NCBI RefSeq assembly: GCF_039654945.1
Contig: NW_027361688.1
Span: 1,550,001-1,614,000 of the forward strand
Direction: 5' to 3'
DNA: 64,000 nucleotides
Source of the DNA: Dendrobates tinctorius
Taxonomy: Eukaryota
Both the position numbers and the translations under genes were made by a program. Each line of letters begins with the position of its first letter. The stretch's first letter is position 1. Shown one piece after another: positions 1-10,262 of the stretch. The notes under the pieces were generated by a model. The model did not search any database and was not told the DNA's origin. It saw only the letters and a list, made by a program, of their open reading frames with translations.

Positions 1-1413
1 AAAATGGATGAAATCTTCGTGTAGATTGGATTTTCTCCACAGACGTTCGGCGCACCTGGAGCACCGCTGCAGGAAACGTGTTTGCACCGTGTGCCAGGGT
101 TGTCGCCGTCTGCGTTGTGGTGTTCTATTTATAGGGGGTGCAAATTCATCCAGGGCACTTTGAAGTGTTTCATTGTAATGCTTCAATGCAGAATCAGGAC
201 AGGAGAGGGAGGAGATAGGGGCCAATGAAGACTGCAAGTTCTTCATAAGTTTCTGGGTGTTAATGGCCTGTATGTTTCTATAAGTCTGGACAGTGGGGGT
301 GACCTGAGCAGCCTGGCAGTTCTTGAAAGAGAATGAAAGAAGATTGTGGTCAGAGAGCGGGAGAGGGGAGTTTGCAAAATCATCCACTGCACAAAGCCGA
401 GAGAAGACCAAATCGAGGGAGTTTCCGTCTTCATGCGTTGGAGAATTAGTAAGCAGCGAAAGGCCAAATGAGGAGGTTAGAGATAAAAGGTGAGTAGCAG
501 ATGGGGAGAGGGGAAGAGCAATGGGGATGTTGAAATCACCCATGATGAGGGTAGGGATGTCACAGGAGAGAAAATGTGGAAGCCAAGTGGCAAAATGATC
601 CAGGAACTGATGGGAGGGGCCGGGAGGACGATACACCACCGCCACTCGCATGGAGAAGGGGGTGTAGAGTCTGACGGCATGGACCTCAAAAGAAGGGAAG
701 ACAAGTGAGGGTACTTGAGGGATAACCTGAAAGGTACATTTTGGTGATAGGAGCAGACCAACGCCTCCACCAGCTCTATTGTCTGATCTTGGGGTATGAG
801 AGAAGTGAAGCCCCCCGTATGAAAGAGCAGCAGCAGCAGCGGTAGTGTCTGACTGCTGGATCCAGGTTTCAGTAAGAGCCAGGAGGTTAAGAGAATTAGA
901 AAGGAAGAAGTCATGAATGAAGGAGAGTTTGTTACACACTGAGCGAGAATTCCAAAGTGCACAATTAAGAGAGACAGATGGCATGCAGGGAATATTAATA
1001 AGATTAGAGGGGTTTCTGAGTGTAGCAGTCGGGAGGTTTGACTTTCTATAACATGGGGGACCAGGGTTGGGAGCAATGTCTCCTGCGACTAGGAAAAGGA
1101 GGATAGAAAGAGTGAGCAGATGGTTAAGTGATTTGTGAGAGCGTCTCTGATGTTGAATGGTGGGACTGACTGGATCTGTGCAGTTTAACAACGTGAAAAG
1201 AGCATGAGTGCTATACATAGGAGAGGAAAGAAGCGAGGGGCCAATGTGAATGGAGTGTAGAGAGTTAATGCCAGGGCGGTTGATGTGTGTGAATGCAGCG
1301 GCCAGGATTAAAATTACACAAATGCATATGGTATATATTTGTTGTCCTCCAAATGTACAGGGAGTAGATGTATATAAATGTCTTACCTGTCTCCAGCCCT
1401 GTCTCACTGCCAT
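1..1413 (-). CDS. L2/CR1-group LINE ORF2, N-terminal part (2A-like peptide + APE endonuclease); runs off the left edge
   Basis: My translation from ATG 1413 (aacATGg) finds no stop down to base 1. APE motifs: WNSRS, LALTETW, GGGVG, VVYRPP, GDFN, PTH..GN.LDL, SDH, then the PW linker. Not in the ORF track, presumably because it has no stop in the window. Confidence 0.9.
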   Translation of the reverse strand, partial: MAVRQGWRQVRHLYTSTPCTFGGQQIYTICICVILILAAAFTHINRPGINSLHSIHIGPSLLSSPMYSTHALFTLLNCTDPVSPTIQHQRRSHKSLNHLLTLSILLFLVAGDIAPNPGPPCYRKSNLPTATLRNPSNLINIPCMPSVSLNCALWNSRSVCNKLSFIHDFFLSNSLNLLALTETWIQQSDTTAAAAALSYGGLHFSHTPRSDNRAGGGVGLLLSPKCTFQVIPQVPSLVFPSFEVHAVRLYTPFSMRVAVVYRPPGPSHQFLDHFATWLPHFLSCDIPTLIMGDFNIPIALPLSPSATHLLSLTSSFGLSLLTNSPTHEDGNSLDLVFSRLCAVDDFANSPLPLSDHNLLSFSFKNCQAAQVTPTVQTYRNIQAINTQKLMKNLQSSLAPISSLSCPDSALKHYNETLQSALDEFAPPINRTPQRRRRQPWHTVQTRFLQRCSRCAERLWRKSNLHEDFIHF

Positions 1414-2405
1414 GTTATAACTGCCAGTACTTTGATAAATTGTACTTGGATAAAGTGTGCATAAATGCCCCCTGCATAAATGCTATCCCCAAGCTATGTC
1501 TGAATATATAGGAGGATAAGACTTAGAACTTTTTTTTTTTTTTGGGCTCTCTCTTCTCGTTAATCAATCACACTAAATTGAGACACCAGGACCCAATAAA
1601 ATGTTGTGGTCAAATAAACACATGTCCAGCACTACATGGATCATAAAGCACTTTGAAAAGTTTCTTGACCTCACAACATAAGGGGACAAGCAGAGTAAGT
1701 TGAAAAAAAACTATATACCATATAGAAGCTTGCAGAGTTGAAAACACAGAGATAGCATTCAGGATTAACTGCTTGCTGACATTGAATGGAGACACAGGAG
1801 TGGATTCAGAGCAGAGATTGGAAAAGCTGGTTACCATATAGAAGCTTGCAGAGTTGAAAACACAGAGATAGCATTCAGGATTAACTGCTTGCTGACATTG
1901 AATGGAGACACAGGAGTGGATTCAGAGCAGAGATTGGAAAAGCTGGTTACCATATAGAAGCTTGCAGAGTTGAAAACACAGAGATAGCATTCAGGATTAA
2001 CTGCTTGCTGACATTGAATGGAGACACAGGAGTGGATTCAGAGCAGAGATTGGAAAAGCTGGTTACCATATAGAAGCTTGCAGAGTTGAAAACACAGAGA
2101 TAGCATTCAGGATTAACTGCTTGCTGACATTGAATGGAGACACAGGAGTGGATTCAGAGCAGAGATTGGAAAAGCTGGTTACCATATAGAAGCTTGCAGA
2201 GTTGAAAACACAGAGATAGCATTCAGGATTAACTGCTTGCTGACATTGAATGGAGACACAGGAGTGGATTCAGAGCAGAGATTGGAAAAGCTGGTTACCT
2301 GTATGAAGAGAATAGAGATGCGTGTCACATTCATCCATGTTATAACTGCCAGTACTTTGATAAATTGTACTTGGATAAAGTGTGCATAAATGCCCCCTGC
2401 ATAAA
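1410..2405 (-). repeat. 71-bp direct repeat (1410-1480, 2335-2405) bracketing the putative LINE 5' region
   Basis: ccatgttataactgcc...ccccctgcataaa is present twice, identical. Confidence 0.85.
1717..2299. repeat. 116-bp tandem repeat, 5 copies
   Basis: The unit accatatagaagcttg...gaaaagctggtt starts at 1717, 1833, 1949, 2065 and 2181. Confidence 0.95.
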
Positions 2406-2705
2406 CAAGTCTTTATTATCTCACATTAAAAGAATATCAAACATTTATAGATATATATGAGGTGAAATAGGGAAAAACATTCCAGATTACAGAGCAGGTA
2501 GTCACCCCTACAAATCATGAGTATGACAATGGGCCAAAAAAAACGCATTATATGAATAAAATCATGCAACATGGTGCTAAAAATAACAGCAGCGTGCGGC
2601 TCTAAAGAATTTATTAATCCGTATCGGGTTCATACCCAGTATCAATAATGCCAATGTCACTCACCCATAGTAGAGTTTGCAGAAAAGGTGGGACACCCTG
2701 CTCGA

Positions 2706-2741
2706 CCCCGACGCGCGTTTCGCCACGGCTTTCTCAAGGGG
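2706..2741 (-). ncRNA. Minimal hammerhead-ribozyme-like motif (Penelope-like element remnant)
   Basis: Minus strand reads CCCC-UUGAGAAA-GCC(GU)GGC-GAA-ACGCGCGU-C-GGGG: stem I, variant core, stem II, GAAA, palindromic stem III. Confidence 0.5.
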
Positions 2742-3475
2742 AGGCATTCCGTTTTTCCCTGCATTTTTTCTGTTGTTTGCAATGGGACAGTTCAGTATAA
2801 GTTTGCTAGAAGAATGAGGACAAATCTTTAGTCACATCTGAACGCAGGGACAGTCTTGGACCTAAGGTCCAGAAGAGGTTCAGAGAGTTATACCTCTGCC
2901 TCCCTGATAAAGACGATGTGAGCCGGGTGGCAGAGTGAGGTGAAGATGGTGGATCTCAGGACAGGACAGGGACAAGGGCTGATGGGATCACCAAACCAAG
3001 GGAATATCACTAAAAGAGACTTTGTCTAAAGGCCCCTTTACATTTAGCGATGCACCAGCGAGCCCGACCACAATACGACCTGATCAGGATCGCTGGTGCA
3101 TCGCTAAATGGTCGCTAGTGAGCTGCCAAACAGGCAGATCTCAGTAGCGATGCAGCAACGGTCGTTACTTACCTGTCAGACGTGGCGATGACGTCCTCCG
3201 CCCGCGTCAACGCGTCGCTCCTCGGCACCAACAGGAAGCCGCTGACGAGAAATGGACATGCACGATCTCGCGCGATCACTGATAACCAGCAGGGGAGCCG
3301 GTCGGAGGTAAATATAACATGTAGCGATATCGCTGCTGCGTCACAAAATCGGTTACGCTTTAGCGATATCTCTATGTGTGAAGCACCCATAAGGCCGGGG
3401 TCAGATTTGCAAGAAACTCGGACGAGTCTCGTACGTCAATATCCATCACTCGGATCGTAGCGTTCAGCCGCATTT

Positions 3476-4374
3476 TGTTAGGCGTCGGATTCCTGGCACT
3501 GCACAGCGGGAATCCAGAGCCAGACATCCTGCGGTCTCCCATTCTCCTCCGACCGCTCGGACTCCTGCTCAGCAATCTCGGCGAGCCAGGCATTCCCCGC
3601 AGACTCGTTCTGTGAGCCTGGATGTTGCTGCCACCTCTGGTGCAGCAATGATAACGCAACCTGCTTTGCAGGGAACTGCTCTAGAGGCTAAGTCCTCGCG
3701 CCGTGCGACTGGGCATGCCCGCAACTTGTCCTCTCAGTGGAGAGCAGGGGTCACATGTGAAGGTCCTATGTCGGATCTGATTGGTCCTTCCTATAGTACT
3801 GGAAGGTCCCGGAAGCGCATGGCTATAAAAAGCCTGCATGGCGGCTCGGCCATGCGCTAGTGTAGCATATTATGCTGTGTGTGTGTGTATGGTGATGAAT
3901 GCATGGACTGGTGTCTGACTTATTATGAAACCCCTTCCCTCGGATATTACGAATGGTGACAGTATGTTGGGTTAGTCAGCTCCAGATTGTGGCAGGCTAC
4001 ACGCCACTGAGCCTTCCTCACCTACACTAGCGTCCGTCGGTGCCCGGCTCCTCCGGCATCGTCGCTTAGCGGCTTCAGTTACGGCCGCGCTGCAGTAGTA
4101 GCAGCTTTTGGTGTTCGCGGCTGCGACGCCACACGTCGGCTGACCTGTGCAGCTAACAGGTTCAGCCTTTACGTCTAGTTCATACTTTGGCGTCTCTGTG
4201 ACTAAACAGAGTCCGCCCTCAGGCTCTCGGGTGACGTTAACCCGAGCGCTGTATCGCACTTCTAGCGTATCTGCCATTGTCCAGCAGCGGTCTTGTCATC
4301 TACCGCACGGTGGACCCCGGGCGGTGAACGCGCCTTCCATTATTTATATCTGGTGCGTTCCGCCGACCCTAACA
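3476..4374 (+). repeat. 5' LTR (899 bp) with TATA box at 3824
   Basis: tgttagg...cctaaca; near-identical to the 3' LTR once the hAT insert is removed. Confidence 0.95.
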
Positions 4375-4375
4375 T

Positions 4376-4386
4376 TACACTAGCGC
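4376..4386 (+). promoter_or_regulatory. Self-priming primer-binding site
   Basis: tacactagcgc is the exact reverse complement of gcgctagtgta (3854-3864), which lies 30 nt after the TATA box; there is no tRNA-type TGG PBS. Confidence 0.85.
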
Positions 4387-4402
4387 CCGGGTCTGGCTGG
4401 CA

Positions 4403-7400
4403 ATGGCAGACGTGCAGCAGCTGTAGCGCTACATTCGGCAGCTGGAGAGCAGGTTGGCGGCTATTGAGAGCACCAACTCAGCTGCGAATGCTGCGCTAGC
4501 TGCTGCTCAGACAGTCGCTGAGGCTGTCTCACGTGCGCCCACACTTTTGCCCCCGCCGACAATGTCTCGCCTCCCGCTCCCCGATAAGTTTTCGGGTGAT
4601 AGTGCCTCCTGTAGGGGATTCGTTAGTCAGTGCTCCATCCAGCTGGAGTTGCTGGCTGCACGGTTCCCTACGGAGCGGGCTAAGGTGGGATTTATTGTCT
4701 CTCTGTTGTCCGGCCGGGCATTACAGTGGGCCACGCCATTGTGGGAACGTGATGATCCCGTGGTACAGGGGGCTGCTCAGTTCCTCGCGGCTCTGAAGCA
4801 AGTCTTCTTGGGACCACGGGTCACCCACGATACGGCTCTCCAACTGTTATCTTTAACACAAGGGTCACTTTCGGTTAGCCATCATGCTGTCCGGTTTCGG
4901 ACACTGGCTTCCGAGTTAGAGTGGCCGGACAAAGTGTTGGTCCCGGTGTTTTGGAGAGGCCTGGCTGAGCACGTAAAAGATGCTCTAGCTACTAGGGAGA
5001 TTCCCACCAGTTTGGAGGAGTTGATCGCCGTTTCCACCCGCATTGATCTCCGCTACACGGAGCGCGGGTTGGAACGAGCGCAATCCAAACGTAGGGTTAA
5101 TTTGGCTCCCACCTTTACTGAGCCGCTGAAATTTCCCGCACAGGAGCACCCCTCCTCTGAGCCTATGGAGGTGTCTCGCACCGGCACTAAGTCGCGTCCG
5201 ATGCGAACCTCTGTGCGCTGTTATCAGTGCCGACAGTTGGGCCACTCGGCTGGCACATGCCCTCAGCGGCCGAAAAGACGACCACGTTCAGTGGCCGTAG
5301 GTGGTGGTCAATCCAAGGTGGGACCCTTTTCACCCAAACCGGTGTTCCGGGGTACATTAGATAGTGGGTCCTCCTCCTGGGAGGCAGAGGTAACCCTGGA
5401 TTCCGGGGCCGAGGGGAACTTTATGTCCTCGACTTTTGCCCAGAGACACGCTATCCCTCTGGTGATACTCCCCCAACCTCTGACCATCAGGGTGGTAAAT
5501 GGGGCACCGTTACCGTCTCAGGTGACCCATCAAACAGCCCCACTCGAACTCTCTATTTCACCCTCACATCGGGAGACTCTGTCCCTGCTAATTATGCCCA
5601 ATGGCATCGATCAGGTGCTCCTCGGAGTTCCCTGGCTTCGTTGCCACTCCCCGCATATTGACTGGGCTTCAGGGAGGATACTGGGCTGGGGCAAGGACTG
5701 TGAGGGAAGGTGCCTGAGGGGCAGCGTTCAGGTGGCTTCCACAGAAGTGCCTGCGGATCTCTCCGCGCTCCCCAAACCCTACCACCATTACGCGGACGTC
5801 TTCTCTAAGAAGTCTGCGGAGACGCTCCCACCGCACCGTTCCTATGATTGCCCGATTGATCTCCTGCCAGGCACAGAGCCTCCCCGAGGCTGTGTTTACC
5901 CTTTATCACTCCCTGAGACGGAGGCTATGTCCCAGTATATCCGGGAGAACCTGGCTAGGGGTTTCATCAGAAAATCGGTGTCACCGGCTGGTGCCGTGTT
6001 CTTCTTCGTACAGAAGAAGAACGGAGAGCTACGCCCCTGCATCGACTACCGAGGTCTCAATGCTATCACGGTTAAAAACAAATACCCCCTACCGTTGATC
6101 TCGGAGTTATTTGACAGGTTGCGGGGGGCCCGGATCTTTACTAAACTAGATCTGCGGGGTGCATACAACCTGATCCGCATTCGCGAAGGAGACGAATGGA
6201 AGACAGCTTTTAATACCAGGGATGGCCATTACGAATACCTGGTTATGCCCTTTGGCCTTTGTAATGCCCCAGCTGTCTTCCAAGATTTTGTCAACGACGT
6301 CTTCCGCGACATGCTCTCTACCTCGGTGGTGGTCTATCTGGATGACATACTCATCTTTTCGCCAGATTTGACCACCCACCGGAGAGACGTCTGCAGGGTC
6401 TTTGACCGTCTGCGGGCGAACTCGTTATTTGCCAAGCTGAAGAAGTGCCAGTTTGAGCAGGAGTCCTTGCCGTTCCTGGGCTATATCATCTCGGCCCAGG
6501 GGCTGGCCATGGATCCGGCCAAACTTCAAGCGGTAATGGACTGGCAGGAACCCCATTCCCTCAAAGCGGTGCAGCGCTTTTTGGGGTTTGTGAATTACTA
6601 CCGCCAGTTCATACCACACTTTTCCACACTGGTGGCCCCTTTGGTTGCTCTCACCAAGAAAGGAGCTAACCCCAATGCTTGGTCAGAACATGTCTCCAAG
6701 GCCTTCTCGGCTATAAAATCACATTTTGCTGGCGCTCCCATATTACATCGTCCCGATGTGGATAAGCCGTTTATCCTTGAGGTAGACGCTTCTTCCGTCG
6801 GTGCAGGAGCAGTCCTTTATCAAAAGGATGCTCAAGGTCGGAAGCACCCCTGCTTCTTCTATTCCAAGACCTTCTCACCGGCGGAGAAAAATTACTCCAT
6901 CGGCGACAGGGAGCTGCTAGCCATGAAGTTGGCTTTTTCTGAATGGAGACATCTCCTGGAGGGAGCCCGGTTTCCCTTTCTGGTATATACGGACCATAAA
7001 AACCTGGTCTATCTACAGACGGCCCAACGCCTGAATTCCCGTCAGGCCAGGTGGTCGCTCTTCTTCTCACGATTCCGCTTCACCCTCCACTACCTCTCTG
7101 GAGAGAAGAACGTCCGTGCGGATGCTCTCTCACGTTCAGTGGTCTCAGCGGACGAAGGAGAAGCTGAGCCTCGGTTAATTCTCCCGCCGGAGAGTTTTAC
7201 GACCGTGGCTCCAGTTGCGCTCGAATCGGTACCACCGGGCAAGACCTTGGTGCCTCCTCAGCTACGGCCGGAGGTCCTCGCCTGGGCACATGCCTCCAGA
7301 GTGGGTGGCCATTTTGGTAAAAAACGGACCGCCGAACTCCTGGCAAGGTCATATTGGTGGCCACATATGGCTCGAGATGTCAAGGAGTACGTGCAGGCAT

Positions 7401-8530
7401 GTGTTTCGTGTGCTCGGAACAGACCCTCTAGACAGAGGCCGGCGGGGCTGTTGTTTCCCCTGCCAGTGGCGGATAGACCATGGGAGATGGTTGGCATGGA
7501 CTTCATAGTTGGCCTGCCCAAGTCTGGTGGCAGTACGGTCATCTGGGTGGTCACCGACCATTTTTCCAAAATGGTGCATCTGGTGCCACTCGCACGCCTG
7601 CCTTCCGCTCGAGGTCTGGCCACCTTGTTCATTAAACACATATTCCGTCTACATGGCATGCCGGACAAAATCGTGAGTGACCGTGGTCCCCAGTTTGCGT
7701 CTCGGTTTTGGAGGGAGCTCTGCAGTTTACTCAGCATCGAGCTAAATCTATCCTCCGCTTACCATCCCGAGACGAATGGCTTGGTCGAGAGAGCCAATCA
7801 GACCTTGGTCACCTATTTACGACATTTTGTCTCTGCCAGGCAGGATGACTGGGCATCCTTGCTACCTTGGGCAGAATTTGCCCTAAACAATGCGGTGGCT
7901 GATTCCACTGGTCAGACGCCCTTTCTCCTAAACTATGGCCAACATCCACGTGTCCCTGTCCCGATGCCAGTGTCCTCCACTGACTCCAGGGTGGCAGACT
8001 GGGCAGTGGAGGCCCGGGACATTTGGGATCGCACTCAGGATGCTATCCGGGCATCTAAAGAAAGGATGAGGGCGTCCGCCGACATGCATCGGCGGCCCGC
8101 ACCAAGCTTCTCCCCTGGCGACATGGTATGGCTCTCCACCCGAAACATTAAACTGCGGGTTGAGTCTCCCAAGTTCGCACCGCGATACATTGGACCATTC
8201 AAGGTCCTCGAGCGACTTAGCTCGGTGGTCTACCGCCTGGCTCTACCTCCACATTTGGCCATTTCGGACGTGTTCCATGTGTCCCTCCTCAAACCAGTTC
8301 ACATGGTCCGGTTTTCTGAGTCATCTGCCGGGTCATCAGACTTATCGTCTGATGAGTTTGAGGTTAACGCCATCGTGGGGCGCAGGTTTGTCCGTGGCAA
8401 AAAATTTTATTTGGTGGACTGGAAGGGTCATGGGCCCGAGGCTCGGACCTGGGAGCCGGTGGAAAATATTCACGCACCGCTCCTGATCCCGGCCTTTGGG
8501 CGCAGTGAGGCTCAGAGGGGGGGGGGGTAA
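4403..8530 (+). CDS. Gag-Pol polyprotein (capsid, CCHC knuckle, protease, RT, RNase H, integrase, chromodomain); in-frame TAG at codon 8
   Basis: Motifs CYQCRQLGHSAGTC, LDSGA, YLDD, HHCC/DDE integrase, GPF and YLVDWKG...TWEP chromodomain. ATG 4403 is in frame with the 1358-aa ORF, with TAG at 4424-4426. Confidence 0.93.
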
Positions 8531-8741
8531 TGTTAGGCGTCGGATTCCTGGCACTGCACAGCGGGAATCCAGAGCCAGACATCCTGCGGTCTCCCATTCT
8601 CCTCCGACCGCTCGGACTCCTGCTCAGCAATCTCGGCGAGCCAGGCATTCCCCGCAGACTCGTTCTGTGAGCCTGGATGTTGCTGCCACCTCTGGTGCAG
8701 CAATGATAACGCAACCTGCTTTGCAGGGAACTGCTCTAGAG

Positions 8742-10262
8742 CAGTGGTCCCCAACCTTTTTTGCATCGGGGACCGGTTTCAAGCAAGACCATTCTTCCAT
8801 GGCCCGGCAGGGCGGGGATGGAGGTGTGGCAGGGGCGGGGCTTTGGTCATAAGGGGGCGGGGCTATGGACACGGTTGTAGTGTAGCAGTGCATACTTATA
8901 ATTAAATAACATTTATAATGTGACTCAACTCACCATAGGTTTTGAATAAGTGCTCCATCACCCCCTTCTCCCCATCATTGCCTTCACCCCATCACTCCCT
9001 TCTCCCCATCATTGCCTTCTCCCCATCACTGCTGTCTCCCCATCATTGCCTTCACCCCATCATTCCCCTCTCCCCATCATTGCCTTCACCCCATCACTGC
9101 CATCTCTCCATCATTGCCTTCACCCCATCACTGCTGTCTCCCCATCATTGCCTTCACCCCATCACTGCTGTCTCCCCATCATTGCCTTCACCCCATCACT
9201 GCTGTCTCTCCATCATTGCCTTCACCCCATCACTGCCATCTCCCCATCATTGCCTTCTCCCCATCATTGCCTTCACCCCATCACTCCCTTCTCCCCATCA
9301 CTGCCATCTCCCCATCATTGCCTTCTCCCCATCATTGCCTTCACCCCATCACTCCCTTCTCCCCATCATTGCCTTCTCCCCATCACTGCTGTCTCCCCAT
9401 CATTGCCTTCACCCCATCATTCCCCTCTCCCCATCATTGCCTTCACCCCATCACTGCCATCTCCCCATCATTGCATTCACCCCATCACTGCTGTCTCCCC
9501 ATCATTGCCTTCACCCCATCACTCCCTTCTCCCCATCATTGCCTTCAGCCCATCACTCCCCTCTCCCCATCATTGCCTTCACCCCATCACTCCCTTCTCC
9601 CCATCATTGCCTTCACCCCATCACTGCCGTCTCTCCATCATTGCCTTCACCCCATCACTCCCCTCTCCCCATCATTGCCTTCACCCCATCACTCCCTTCT
9701 CCCCATCATTGCCTTCACCCCATCACTCCCTTCTCCCCATCATTGCCTTCACCCCATCACTGCCGTCTCTCCATCACTCCCCTCATGGCCTTCTCCTCAT
9801 GTCCCCATCTCCTCCAGGGCCAGGCTACACAAACACAGACCAACACACACACAGACATACATGTACACACACACACATTATACATACATACATACACACA
9901 CAGAGACACACACAGACAGACATACATATACACACAGACACCTCCTCTCACCTGTCCGCAGCATCGCCCGCGCTTCCTCGCTCTTACACAGCAGCGGCCG
10001 CTCTCCTCTCTGTGTCAGTCAGACAGGAAGCGCGGGCGGCGGGCAGGAAGCTGGACAGGTCCTTGCAGCTCCGCTCCTGCTATTCCCTCTTGCAGGCAGC
10101 GGAGCTGCTTGATCGCTCCCTGCCCGCCGCTAAGAGCTGCTGCGCGCCGCCCCAGCCCCCGCTATGCCACTGACCGCCCCTGGCTCACCTTGTGTCCGCG
10201 GACCGGCAAGGGCACTGCAGCGGCCCGGTGCTGGGCCGCGGACCGGCGGTTGGGGACCCCTG
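8742..10262. mobile_element. Non-autonomous hAT (Charlie-like) element
   Basis: TIRs cagtggtccccaacc / ggttggggacccctg; 8-bp TSD CTCTAGAG, matching the NTCTAGAN target. Confidence 0.9.
8955..9940. repeat. About 17-bp ccccatca minisatellite followed by a CA-rich microsatellite, inside the hAT element
   Basis: Alternating ccccatcattgccttca / ccccatcactgctgtct variants. Confidence 0.9.
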
